DNA of 64,000 nucleotides, taken from positions 79,360,001 to 79,424,000 of the forward strand of contig NC_087443.1 of NCBI RefSeq assembly GCF_036321535.1. Reading direction: 5' to 3'. The notes beneath the pieces are model-generated. The model saw nothing but the letters and a program-made list of their open reading frames with translations, was not told where the DNA came from and ran no database searches. This document shows, one piece after another, positions 46,601 to 59,199 of the stretch. How positions within the stretch are numbered: the stretch's first letter is position 1; the number at the start of each line of letters is the position of its first letter. This DNA is from Camelus dromedarius (lineage: Eukaryota). The position numbers were made by a program, and so were the translations under genes.

Positions 46601-49549
46601 TACCTCCTCCATTTGCATTGAGGTCAAACTATATTATTACTCAACTGGTATAAAGTACATGACTAATTTTGACTTGAGAATAAGAGAACTGGTAGAAGTC
46701 CAAGTTTAAAAAACTCTATTATGGAGTTTTAAAAGGCTCGACTTATCCCCCCCAAGACTTGTGTAGGAGGATGCTAAACGGCTTCATTTATTTATCAGCC
46801 TTCATTTTCCCAGTGCCAAGGGGTGGGCGGACACTCCGCTTACAGGCAAACCCAAGCCTTTCTGTGCAGAGGGCATCCGTGGCCTCTCAGATCTGACATT
46901 TACAAACAAGCATGTCATTCATACGGATCTGTACATTATGGATGGTTTCCGGTTTCCATTTTTAATAGAGCCATAGGTTTCTGGAATCAGAGCATAATGA
47001 ATGAATTACAAATCTGTGCACCTCTCCAGTGATTTTAGCACTAATGTGACTTCTAAACTGTGAGTTCTTTACGTCTCATTCCTCTATTTGCATATCTGTT
47101 CAAACCCAAATGATTAAAAAGGAGCGGTCAAGGCTGATAGAGCTAAAATTAGGCTTGCCTGTTCATTTTGAATGTACACATTAATATAGATGTCTCTACT
47201 TCCTAGATTTCTCTGAAACTTCAGTGAAGGAGAATGAAGTAGATCAACAGTTTGGGGCATCTTATTTCTTAAAAATTCTTTTTCAGAAGGAGTCTGAAAC
47301 AGCATGTAAATCAATTAACAACGAAAAGCCACTCCACTTTAGAAAGCACACAGGACACTTTTTAAAACACAGTTTGAGGGAAGAGGACATTTTTACCAAT
47401 TCAATTTAAATTACCTTCCAATGACTTCATCCAAAAAAAAAAAATTGCAGTGATATCTTACAATAAGAATATGACTAATCCATGAAAAAACACATTTCAA
47501 CACTTGTCTTTAAACCCACAAAACGCTTTCTGACTGTGGCATCCTCCACAGCAATTTCGCATGCATTTATTCGCCAGGAAAATTACAATAAGACACATTT
47601 TTAACATCTTTTTTTTCTGTTTAAAAAAATAATCTGGTATTTAAAGGAATTATACAATATTTATGAACCCCCTTTTGAAATGCAGTGTGCAGAAATAACA
47701 CTCAGTAAATAAATAAAGAGATTGTTAAAAAGTCACTTTGTTTTGCCGCATTTCCTACAAGGCAGTGGGGGCAGGAAGGACCAGGCCTGCTCTTCAACGG
47801 GAGGGTCGCTGTCCAGCGCTTCAGGGCTGCTATGCTAAACCAGGCAGCATGTGGGCTGTTCAGTTATGCCTCAGATAAAATCAGAACCAGAAGGATCCAG
47901 TCTGGCTTTTGACAGCTATTTAATCAGTCGCTGTACAGGACACATGATGCGGCTGTCGGCTTTTTCCAGAAAGCAGCAGTTTTATAAAGAGCCGGATAAT
48001 GCACATCCACCTGGCTGCAGCAAAGACTGAGTCCGCGCGCGACCTTCTCTTTTAGAAATGACAGACACTGTTATCGACTAAAGCACTGTCAGTGCTTGTT
48101 TCTGGGCTGGAGAGCCGATTGGGGGGGTTCAGCCCGCTGTAGCTCCTGGCAAAATTAACAACCCTGCACATGATAGGAAGTTAATACTGCAGAGGTTCAA
48201 AGGTGGTTTGGGTTGTTAATTCCAAGCTGGAACTGTCCTTTGTAATTAGTAATTTGATCACCTCTGCACTTCAAGGAAGGTACTTTGAAAATAAAACCAT
48301 GTTTCCTTCAAGGCAGATTCTAGACCCCAGGTAACTTCTTGAAAGAATTTGTGCGTCCATCCTGCTTTGACTTGATGAGAGCCCTGATAATTTTCCCCCC
48401 TGGGTAATTAATTGTTGACAAGAGAAGTCCTGCTATTTGGGGCGTCGGCTCACCAACCAAGAGTGATTCTTAATGTGAGTAATTAAACTGTGCCTGTGAT
48501 CAAGCCTCCCATACTTAGGTCTTCTGCGAGTCAGGGAAGGTGCCCTGAGGATTAAGTTACATGGGGTTCACTCACTTTTGCTGAGGGGGCTCCTCATTAG
48601 GGACCAGTGCTATAATGACTCCCCAAAAGCATCCAGCTGGGCTGTTAAGTGCTTGGAGGCAGTGTCAGCTGCGTCCTTGAAACAAGAGGGTGTTCTCTGA
48701 GCTACACCCCTGCTGCGCCCTGCAGTGGAATCAGACAAAGAATGTCTCCCTGAAGCACAAGGGGGGTTCTTTTCCAATTCATTTCCTCCTCTGTGACACT
48801 CAGGTGTTTGGAAGTTACACCTCCCTCTAACAGGTTACAGACACTCAACTCTATACACTTGTGGTTCCCACAAAATTATTCTCCTGTTACTTAATATGGT
48901 AAGATGATCATTGAGTCTTAACTCAGGGAGGCCCTGATCTAATGCTTAGCCCAGCTATTTTACAGAAATAGGTCAGAAGATCTGGTTTCAGCAATTGCTT
49001 TAGAATTTCTGTAACTTCTCACAGGTTTTGAAGTCTAGATAAGCAGAGATAGAGGAGCTGGTGATTAAGGCAAGGATGAGGATGCAGGAAATGCTGAGAA
49101 TCCGGTCCCCAGATGCTAATTCTTAGAAAACTTTAGACTCCACCTGTTGTTGGGAACATGCTAATGCATGTTAAGAACTGAACGTACCGATTAGGGAAAA
49201 AGGCAGGGATGGATCAGGGGCTAAAGCCAGAGGGATGGTGTAAGAGCATTTAGATCCCCACAAAAGAAAGAACGCAATTTCTGGAGCAACTAAAACATTG
49301 GGTCTCAGACTGAAGAGCATCAGGCACAGAGAAAGATGGGAGAGGCCGGGGAGATTGAGAGAAAAGCTACAAAGTGAACAGGGAAGCACAAGCCCTCATC
49401 CCCTTGCCAGCTGCACACTGCCACAAGCAGGCTCTGCAGGCAGGCAGGAGACTGAGGAAATTTGCCCCCATGTTTTTTCTGAGTTGACATTCAGGTTCCA
49501 ACTCAAAAGATGCCCCTGATTTACACACATACACACACACACACCCCTA

Positions 49550-51350
49550 TGCAACTACCAGCCTTTTTTTTTTTTATTGCCTCATTCCTAAATATGAATG
49601 GGCAGCCTAGGATCACTAGACATTTGAGAGGCTCCTATATAAAATATACAGATTGAAATGATTAAAATGTTAAAAAATTAAATGAACTCAAAGGAAACAG
49701 AGGATAAAGAAAATAATTTCAAAACAATTACAGTTAATATTCTAAACAGATATGAGAGAATTTTGCATCCATGAAATAAGAATAAGAAGCTATCAAAAGA
49801 AACTGTAAAAAAATTAGAAATTACTCTGGTTAAAAAGAAAACTTAAAAAAAAATTAATAGAAGGACTGGAGCATAAAGTCAAGGGATTCCCCCAGGAAGT
49901 GGAACGATAATAAGAAAAGAGGATTAGGAGTACAGAAAAGATGAGAAAATAGTGGCTCAACCTTAGATGTCCAACATCTGACTAACAGGCATCACAGAAG
50001 GAGTGAGGAGAGAATAATGGAGTAAAATGATTTAAAAACAACGGTGATGTGAATATTTTTATAATCAGAGGACATGAGCCTCTGGATAGAAAGTGTACTC
50101 AAAATAATCAGAGAAATAGAAGCCCATAGTCAGGAATCTTCAGAATCCCAAGAACAAAGGGAAGACCTTCAACTTTTCCAAGGGGGGGAAAACACACCAT
50201 AACCCAAGGATCAAGAATTCTAAATAACTCTGTACTTCTCAGCAGTTTTGACACTGAACTATGATGGAAAAATAGCTTCAAAAGTCTATGTAAAAATAAT
50301 TTGCAACATGTAAATCTATACCCAGATAGATCAAAGTGAAGGTAGAAATTTCAAAGTATGAAATCTGAAAAACATGTACTTCCCAATCACCCTTTCTTGA
50401 GAAGCAACAAGAAAATGTGCTCAACCTTAAAAGAAGTGAGTAATTCAAGAAGGAAGAAGATAGGAGACCCAGAAAGCAGGAGATTCAAGAAGAAAAGAAA
50501 AAAAAAGAAATTCCCTGTAATAATGACAAAGCAAAGTCCACATGAAAATAACAGCCTGGTTTAGAGAAAGTATCTAAAGGAAGGACTCCAGAAAGACTAT
50601 TTCTCAGATACATACACAAAACTAGATCATTTATTATCTCATAGGTTAGACTATGTGAAGAATTGTACTGAGAAGCCTTGTAGAGGGTGTGGAGGTTTAG
50701 AAAGACTCAGTCAGATGTTCAAGAGAAAGAATGTAAATTTAAAAAACAGAGGCAATTGTTAACCCTTGGCAGAGTAAAAATTTACATAAAAGAAAATGTA
50801 ATCATACCATTCTGCTTGGTCAGCAGTGAATAATATTTACATAATTAAAATAACTGAAACACTGGAAATACATTTAAGTAAAAATTAAGATACAAAACTA
50901 AGAGAATGGGTTGGAAGATTAGGTGTAAGTAAAAAAAAAATTCATCTCTTAAAATGAAGTCAATAGATGAAGCTAAAAAATGACAAATCAGGCAATAACA
51001 ATATCTATATATTATTTGGAGGGTGGAGATAAATATTTTAAAAATCAAGTGAAAGGGTTTAAAAGTTATTATTCATAGGGAGCAGAATGGGGTAAGGGGT
51101 GGGGAAGCAAATAAGTTTTGCTATAAGCCCCGATTACTTAGAAATAGAAAACTAATTTTAAAAAGAAAACACGTTCAAGTATATAATTTAGAGATACAGA
51201 GGAAACCTCAGAACATCTATCACAGAAAAAATCAAAAGCGGTTACCTCTGCGAATAGAGTTAGTGACGGGGGAAGGAATTTTGATATTTCACATTAAATA
51301 TCAAACATGTTATTAATTTAATAACTTATTACTTTAATAACAAACGAACA
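49550..51350 (+). mobile_element. Very old L1 5'/ORF1 region (L1MC/ME-like)
   Basis: ggcagcctaggatcactagacatttgag...gtccaacatctgactaacagg...caggaatcttcagaatccc...ctatacccag. A-rich, no open frame. Confidence 0.65.
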
Positions 51351-52019
51351 CGAAATAACTACAGGGTTAAATATGAACATATTTAAATTTATTAAAGCAA
51401 TGTGAAAAATAAATGTCGAAATATCTAATAACCCTCCAAAAGGAGCATGCTCTGGCTAACTCTAATATTGAATGTTTTCTGAGTGCCAGTTACTGACCCA
51501 CTCTTACATGAGTCACCGTGTTTGGTGTTTAAAGTGCTATGGGGTGGTCACGTGGAGGAGCAGTAATCCCAAGACTAAGTAATCCCAAACCCAAACCCTT
51601 TGCTCTCCACCCTTCCTCTGCGTGACTCCCCTGCAGGTAGACGTTTGCAGAAAGGGGCTCACGGACTTTTTTTGGTCAAAATGGCAGCAGCACTGAGCAA
51701 TGTTCCGAAGACATTTGCGACTAGATTTTTCAAGTCTTAACATTTCACTTTTGCTCAAGTTCTTGTTCACATCAAAAGCAGTTATGTTGAAAAGAAAATG
51801 TCCCCCCAGGACCTGGATGTGGGGGCCTGCATTAGAGTATATGGCTGTGTCAGGCTGTAACAAGGAGCTCTCATGTCAGAAATATGAGGTCTCAGGGAAG
51901 AAAATGTCCGAGATTTGGAAACTCAGTGACATGCTCCAGCGAAACAAAGCCCATTGCTAATCTCACTACCAGGGTCCAGGGCAAGAGACTTCCTTTATGG
52001 AACTTAACTATTATGAATC

Positions 52020-52730
52020 CTGAAGAGAATACCTTACCCTTACCATCCACCCAAAGGGTCTTGAGTCAATAAGATGAAAAATCGGACATATTAAGTGTTG
52101 GTGAGGACCAGGGCAATTGCAAATTTCAGACAGGGCTAGGAAGTCACTTTGGGAAGTTATCAATATCAAATAAATCTGAACATATCTCATGAGTATGTAA
52201 TTCTATTCATAGACATCTTCAGCAAAAGACTGGTACAGGATGCTCATAGGTGTTCTATACCTAATAACCAAAATATTGGACACAGTGCAAATATTCACCA
52301 ACAGGAGAGATGAGTAAATGAATTGTGATATGGTCACACAATGGAATATATTATAGAAAAAAAAAAGAACTATAAGTATTTGCAACAATGTGGCTGAATT
52401 TCACACACATAAAAAATGTTAAATGAAGGAATTAGACAAAACAACACATACTAACGTTAGTATTTACATAAAGTTCAAACCCAGGCACAACTCACCCAAG
52501 TTAAAAGTCAGCTTGGTGGTTACCCTCCAAGAGGGGCAGCCACGACTGGGAGCTGGAAGACCTCTGGCGTCTGATCAAGTGCCGTGAACTTCTGGGTGCT
52601 GGTTGCAGGGATGAATTCACTCCGGGAAAATTTGCCAAGCTGTACACCCGATTTGTGGACTTTCCTGGAGAAATATTGATAACATTTATTAATAATGAAT
52701 TGAACCAGGGAAGAAGTCTTGATATATTTT
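52020..52730 (+). mobile_element. L1ME-like ORF2 end and 3' UTR
   Basis: aagtgttggtgaggacc...attgtgatatggtcacacaatggaatattatag...aaaagtcagcttggtggttacc...aatttgccaagctgtacac. Confidence 0.7.
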
Positions 52731-53594
52731 TAGGCATGTTCACCTCCAATGTAACTTGGGCACATATCAAATTCCTGGTTCAGAGAAGAAAATAGAGCAT
52801 AGACATAGAATTTTAACAAGCTTGGCTACCTTCGCCTGCTCCAAATTTTTGTCCCAGGTCTTTCTGTCTTGGTGCCTTTGTTCTTTCCATCCTCTCTTCC
52901 TATGACTCTCGTCCTTGCCCTCTTGACCCTGCCAACATCACGTTTCCACAGTGAAGTAACATGGCGCCCTTGCATTGTTCCTTCCTTTTCTGCCCAGCAC
53001 TGCAGGTAGACGCTTGCCTCCAACCTTCCTCACTGGCTCACTGGCTTCCGGACAGCTTCGTGGCTTCCAGGGCTCAACATAGATCTTGGTCCACAGTAGG
53101 TGTTGAGTAAAGTCTTGTTGACTGAGAATTACACCTGTCCTTGTGGCAGTTTATAAGGATCAAGATGTGTGGACAAGGGGAAAAAAATCACAGAAACTGG
53201 CATAACCTCGCACCTTTCATGTAGGGGCCACCTTGTTAAAGCGGTGACCATGGAGGAGCCTAGAGGAAAAAGAAATGACCCAGAGGGCATTGCGCAACCA
53301 AGAGTGGAGGAGACGTGTCAAGTTTCAAGTGGAGAAGTCACCTTCCCCCACTGGGAGCGCTTTCTGGGGGCGGGTACTGCTGGGTACCACACGTCAGCCT
53401 CCGACAAGTGAAATAACCCTTCAGCTGGAGTTTTGCAGTTCAGAGGCTTTACTGAGCCACTCCTGGTTTCTGTTTCCTTACTGGCATACAGGTGATAATG
53501 ACATCTACTTTTCCTGTCTCGTGGACCACAGGAAAAATCTCAAATGAACGATGTCTGTAAGGAGGTTTTGTGTGTTCCAAAGCACGTGCAGGGT

Positions 53595-53758
53595 GGGGAG
53601 GGCAGAGCTCGGTGGCAGGGTGTGTGCTTAGCATGCACAAGGCCCTGGGTTCAATCCCCAGGACCGCCATTAAAAAAAAAATTTAAACAAAATAAATAAA
53701 TAAATCTAATTACCTCCCCCAGACCAAAAAAAGGAATATGCTTTAAAAACAAAAAAAA
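53595..53758 (+). mobile_element. tRNA-derived SINE, camelid Vic-1-like
   Basis: Pol III A-box-like agagctcggtgg (~53604-53615) and B box GGTTCAATCC (53648-53657); body gtgtgcttagcatgcacaaggccctgggttcaatcccc; tail aaataaataaataaatctaattacctccccc plus A-rich end. Confidence 0.85.
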
Positions 53759-53880
53759 CTGCGCACAAAGCAGGTGCAGATGTGAAGTGTTACAATTTTG
53801 GCTGGTAGCACTGATTCAGAATCATACCATTAAAAGTAATACAGAAACAGCAACATAATCCAGAAACCAGCGCCAAATTA

Positions 53881-54330
53881 ACTCTCCAAGGGTCCGTGTC
53901 TAATTAGGAAACAGACACCGCTCCGGGTATTATCATCAGAGAGGATTTAACGCGGGGGACTGAGACGGTAAACCAATTGCACCAAGGTGGTGATTCGGCG
54001 GCTTCAGGAGCTGCAGAAAGCTGCCCCATCTCTGCTGGAGCCAGCGCCCCTCTGAGCCCCAGCCCGCGGTCCCTGCTCTCCTGAACAGGACTCCGGGAGC
54101 CGTGTTCTGCTGGCTCCCGCCTCCGAGGGAAGAGCCCAGCTCACCCGCTGCTGTTCCGGGTGCTCCTGCCAGAGCTCGCGGCTTCCCCCGCTGCTGCCCC
54201 TGACTCCTCCTGCACCTGCCTCAGGGGCAGGCATCCCCGAAGCAGAGCAGCTCATACCTCGGCCTGCCTGATGCAACTTCATATCGGCAGAAGATAACGG
54301 AAACCCTGCTTCTGATGGGAGAGCTGCTTC
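53881..54330. promoter_or_regulatory. CpG-rich, GC-rich non-repeat segment (candidate orphan CpG island/enhancer)
   Basis: 24 CpGs hand-counted in 53881-54300, in an otherwise CpG-depleted window. No repeat consensus recognised. Confidence 0.45.
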
Positions 54331-54684
54331 CAGAGGCTTCTGTCCTCGAAGAACAAAAGGACAACAGAAAAACCTCGAAGGGCAGAAGCATATATGAGAA
54401 TTAGAAATAATATCCGGCACTATAGTCAACATTTGTTATTTTTAAAAAGTAACCAGTCCTGATCGCTGCAACCCCATTGATATTGGAGGGGAAACTTAGA
54501 CCAGTCAGGCTGAAGTTAGCTTTCCATTTCTTTCCTTTAAAAATAAATGGTAAGAAGTGTAAACATTGACAATGTTTCTGGTTTTGTAGAGGTGTCATTG
54601 AATGTCATTTCTTTTTAAAAGGTGTGTATGTTTACTTCTCAACGAAGTGTCTTCTATGGAGGAAAAAAAAAAAACCCATAATCT

Positions 54685-55046
54685 CTTTTTTAAGTTTAAA
54701 AATTTTTTTAATTGAAATATAGTTGATTTACAATGTTGTTAGTTTCTGGTGTACAGCATAGGGATTCAATTATACATATATACATATATATTCCTTTCCA
54801 TATTCTTTTTCAATATAAGTTATTATAAGATACTGAATGTAGTTCCCTGTGCTATAGAGTAGAACCTCGTTGTTTATCGATTTTATATACAGTAGTTTGT
54901 ATCTGCTGATCTCAAACACCCAATTTATCCCTCCACCTCCTGTGCCCTCTTTTAACCATAAATTTGTTTTCTATGTCTGTGAGTCTGTTTCTGTTTTGTA
55001 AATAGTTCACTTGTGTCATTTTTTTAAAGATTCCACGTGTAATATC
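54685..55046 (-). mobile_element. 5'-truncated cetartiodactyl-type L1 3' end, antisense
   Basis: tttaattgaaatatagttgatttacaatgttg...gttccctgtgctatagagtag...tctatgtctgtgagtctgtttctgttttgtaaata...agattccacgtgtaa. Possible TSD cccataatct (54675-54684) / cccatcatct (55047-55056). Confidence 0.85.
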
Positions 55047-55084
55047 CCCATCATCTTGTAAAGAACATTACAAGTGCTGTTACA

Positions 55085-55215
55085 ACGTCTTTGTTTTTTT
55101 ATCCTTCCCAAACCCCTCTGAGATGTGGCATGTTTTACAGATGGAGAGACTGAGGCTTGGGAAAGTTTAAGGGACGTGCCCACTGGCCCAGGGATGCTCA
55201 GTAGCCTGACCGCGA
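55085..55215 (-). mobile_element. MIR SINE
   Basis: gttttacagatggagagactgaggcttgggaaagtttaagggacgtgccc. Confidence 0.65.
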
Positions 55216-56099
55216 GTTGAGAGCAGCTCATTCGCCTCCCTGGCCGGGCTGTCCACCCCTCAGGAGCACCTCTGAGGTAGAGACAGTGCCAGTGAACAGG
55301 AAAGCCAGGCTGGGTGGGAAAGGAAGCTGGACCACCAGCCCTGTTCCTTATAACCCACGTAGTGTCGTTGCAACAGCTCCTCCCCACGACGTTGCTGGTG
55401 AATGGGCCAGCTTGAACCGATGCCCCCTCCACCGTGCCCAAGGGACACACAGCTAATTATCATCCTGTAATTCAATTGGCTTAATTTTCTTAATGCAATT
55501 CTCTGCAGATGTGCAGCCAACCTGGACAGATGTCTGTGGAGCCACCGTTCTCTCAGTAGCTACCTAAAGGTAACTAGAGATGCAGGGGATGTTTCCAAAA
55601 TGCTGAGGAAAATGACTTCTTTCCCGCCAGCCCCTGGGAGAACCTGATGGAAATAGAGCAACTCTTGGCCACTGACCCAGGAGAAGGCAGTGCTGGGAAG
55701 GCAAAGGGCTTGGGGTGGGAGTCCTGTGGTCACAAAGCACTTTAGTTCAGTTCCAGATCATCATAGATACTGCTCGAGCTGGTGTGTGCACAGGGGACCT
55801 TCAGACGAAGTCCATGAGGTCAAAGGGGATGCGCAGAGGGTACCAGTCCATCCCAGAGAGCATCACACAGCATACACACAAAATTGTCCAAGTTGCAGAA
55901 ATCCAAAGGTTTAAAGCAAACTCCCAGTGAGGTGGCCCCTGAAAAATGCTCCATTTCTGGAAACGGCAACAAGAGGAAAAAGAGCCACATGGATCTAATT
56001 GACATGTGGGAATAGCAAAAGCTAACAACAAATGATGGGCAATCATTATGTGGAAATAGGAGCATCATTTCCTTCCGCAGGTACCCTAGAAAATCAACT

Positions 56100-56350
56100 A
56101 AATAAACAAATCAACAAAGTTTTTAACATATCAGTGTAGCACTATATAATAAATATGTAATTGAATATTTTAATCTAATATATTACTAAATAATATAGTC
56201 TATAATAAATAATTTATATAATATATAAGTGATATATTCCTATAATAATTATAATTATATTCATATAACAAAGTATATGATAAAATATAAAATGTAACTA
56301 CTATATTAATATTAATAGATTTCATATAGATTAGTTACTCTTTAATAACA
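56100..56350. repeat. Extremely AT-rich low-complexity tract
   Basis: Visibly almost all A/T, with irregular (TA)/(TAA) units. Confidence 0.85.
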
Positions 56351-56354
56351 ATGT

Positions 56355-56550
56355 ATTAAGCACTAACCAGGTGCTTAGCATTCATTACTTAATCTATCCT
56401 CCCATGACCCAGTGAAGAGGTACTATTACAATATGCATGTTACACATGAGGATAGTAAGACTCAGAGAGGTTTAGTATCTCAGGCAAAGGCACAGAGCAA
56501 GGACATGGACTCAAAGCCAGGACTGCCCAACTCCAGAGCCCAGGCTCTTA
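56355..56550 (-). mobile_element. MIR SINE
   Basis: tattaagcactaaccaggtgc...aggtactattacaatatgcatgttacacatgaggatagtaagactcagagagg...aaagccaggactgcc. Confidence 0.7.
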
Positions 56551-57415
56551 AATGCTCATTGCACTGCCCCTGAGGTGGGATGTGAGCTCCTGTGTCCTTC
56601 TGACCCCTGGCACAGGCACTCTCGGCTCCTGCTCGGTGTCAGGACAGGACAGCAGCTAGAGGCGGTCTGAGCATCGGCAAGGTCTGGAAGACCACTCAGG
56701 CCTTCCTCATTTCCGGGGGCACCGCAACCTTCAGACGTGAGAGCTGTACCTTCTCTTTGTGGCCAAACAGACCAGGGTTTCACATCATCTCCACCTGCAT
56801 CTTGGGCACGGAGAAGACAGGAGCCCAGCCCCTTCTGTCCTCCTGCATATGTTGACCTGACTCACTCCTGAACCAAAGTGGTCAGGAATCAGGGGAAGCT
56901 GAGTAATCTTAAGAAATCAAATGATAAGAAATTGAGAAGAAAACGGTCTTCTGACATTTCGTCATGACAAGACGTAGTCAGAGTTACATCTGGGCAGCAG
57001 CACAGGAGGAGGAGAAATGCCCCATCCACTATTCGTGAGCATCTTTGTCCCCACCCTGATCTATTACAGGTACATTACTATGTACATTTCACAGTAAAAA
57101 CAGGACTTAGATGTTCCTACAGTTGTTAAGCTGTGGTCTTAAAGAGCAGGCCTCACTTCACAAACCAGTAGCTCAGGATTAAAGGATGCACAGGATGGAA
57201 AATGAGAGACCTTCTCATCCAACCCGATCATTTACAGATGAAGCTGGGGTGGGGACTCTGCCCACCAGAGGTCACGCAGGAGGGGAAAGGCAGACTGAGA
57301 CGGGAACTCTGGTTCCCTGGCCCCCAGACACTCCCACTGCCGCCGCTGCTAAGCCGGATGGGCTTAGCATCCCAAATGGTGCAACTTTATATTCATTCCA
57401 AACACATTATTCTTT

Positions 57416-57687
57416 TTTCTATTGAGTTGTAGTCAGTTTACAATGTTGTGTCATTTCCAGTATAAGCACAATTTTTCAGTTATACATGAACATACATATA
57501 TTCATTGTTGCATTCTTTTTCACCATGAGCTACCACCAGATCTTGTATATATTCCCCTGTGCTATACAGTACAATCTTGTTTATCTATTCTGTATATACC
57601 TGTCAGTATCTACAAATTTCTAACTCTCAGTCTGTCCCTTCCCATCCCCCTCCCCCCAGGCAACCACAAGCTTGTATTCTGTGTCTA
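57416..57687 (-). mobile_element. Young 5'-truncated camelid-type L1 with perfect 18-bp TSD
   Basis: ccaaacacattattcttt at 57398-57415 and again at 57688-57705. Reconstructed empty site TTCTTT/AAAA fits the L1 endonuclease TTTT/AA target. Confidence 0.92.
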
Positions 57688-58329
57688 CCAAACACATTAT
57701 TCTTTAAAAAAAAAAAACAAAGGAATATTCATGGTGTTTAACTACAATAGGTCTTTCTCTTAAATAAAATACCTATGCTTGTTGTGAAGTCCTGTGTATT
57801 GAAGATGCTAAAAAATATTCAATAGGTTTATCATAAAAATTGGCATTAGAATTTTTAATACAAACATAAAAAATATAAAAGAAAGCTTTATAATGAAAGA
57901 CGCCTACCCTCTCTGTAGAGTAGGTTATATCCTTAAAGTTTTTTCATTCAAAAATATCTTTATTGATGACTGTGGATTTTGAATATTACTTACTCTTGTC
58001 TATTTCATTACCTTTATAAAAAGAAAGCAATGGAACTTAAGCTCCCTACTATGTTATGTAAACACGGGATTTCTTTTTTTCCTTATCAAATAGGGCTACC
58101 TGAGGAAATAGACTCTATAACTTTCCACTAGATGGCATTACAGTCACATAATTACAGAGAGAAGAGGCTGAATCAATCAACGAAGCCACCATGTGATTCT
58201 AAAGAGGGTGAATTCATTGTCATACCCCCAGCTTGCTGGAGTTTGCTGTTTATTTGCTACAATGAAGGCAAGGCATGCTCATTATTTTTTTAAAAATTAT
58301 TTTAAAAAAAAGACTAGTGAAGAGAGAAA

Positions 58330-58570
58330 AAGCACAATTATTCGTCACTCTAATAACATTCGTTGACATATATTGTGCCCAGACAGGTGCAAAATGCCTT
58401 ACATGTGTGCATCATTCTGCCCAGTGGGGAGGGGAGGACCTGGGAGATGGTTTCTCTTCCTGTAGTAGAGATGAGGAAACTGAGGGTCCAAGTTAACTCA
58501 GCCCGGATCACAGTTAATAATCGGCAGGACCAGGATTCAACCCCCAGTCACTCTGACAGTTCCTCGTTGT
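58330..58570 (-). mobile_element. MIR SINE
   Basis: gacatatattgtgcccagacaggtgc...tagagatgaggaaactgagggtccaagttaactca...ccaggattcaacccc. Confidence 0.7.
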
Positions 58571-59199
58571 CAAAGCCTACCACTGTTAGCACTGTCCCAC
58601 TCAGTCTCTGAAAGTGTCTGCTTGTCTGCAAGATAGTGAGTGTTACCATGAAAACTTAAAACAGCCTTCGATGATCCCAGTGGTTGCCATAACTTTTAAC
58701 ATTCAAGTAACGCTACGTGAATGCCATCACACCTATTTGTTAAATACACACACAAAAGAAAATAAACACCTCACACGTAAATTACCAAGTGTGTTTTCCA
58801 GCCTCTTACTTCTCAGCACGTTCAAGGCTTTAAACATGCATGAAATGAAATGAGGTGAATTCAGCTGTCAAAACAGCAACAGACCACACAGAGAAGAGAA
58901 AATTTTCAAGTGACTTTATAACGTATTCCTTTGACTATACTTCATTAGTGAGATGTATTTTAAGGATAAAAAAAGAACTGCAAAGGAATCTTAAATCTCA
59001 TTCAGTAGTTTTTCTGTTAATAATGTTACTAGGACTGTTATTTGAAGCCACAGGGGTACACTGTGAGACAGAGCGAGAAGTAGCCACATCATCAATGTTG
59101 CTGGGAATCAGATGTCAGTGTAAGAGAAATAAGATACAGGTATAGAGTAAAAGTTTTTTTTTAACTGTGTTAAATTTTAACAAGAAGTATATTAACTCA

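Noticed and set aside
53595-53670. tRNA-like sequence with A and B boxes
   Set aside because: It is the head of a SINE followed by the family tail; no acceptor stem of a functional tRNA.
54004-54432. 142-aa minus-strand ORF
   Set aside because: Expected by-product of high GC (few stop codons); low-complexity G/A/S/R composition with no domain.
56100-56350. AT-rich tract as a possible matrix-attachment or unwinding element
   Set aside because: Ordinary low-complexity DNA; nothing in the sequence supports a function.
58185-58196. Perfect Kozak GCCACCATG followed at once by TGA
   Set aside because: A given 9-mer is expected roughly 0.5 times by chance in 128 kb of two-strand sequence, and there is no transcript context.
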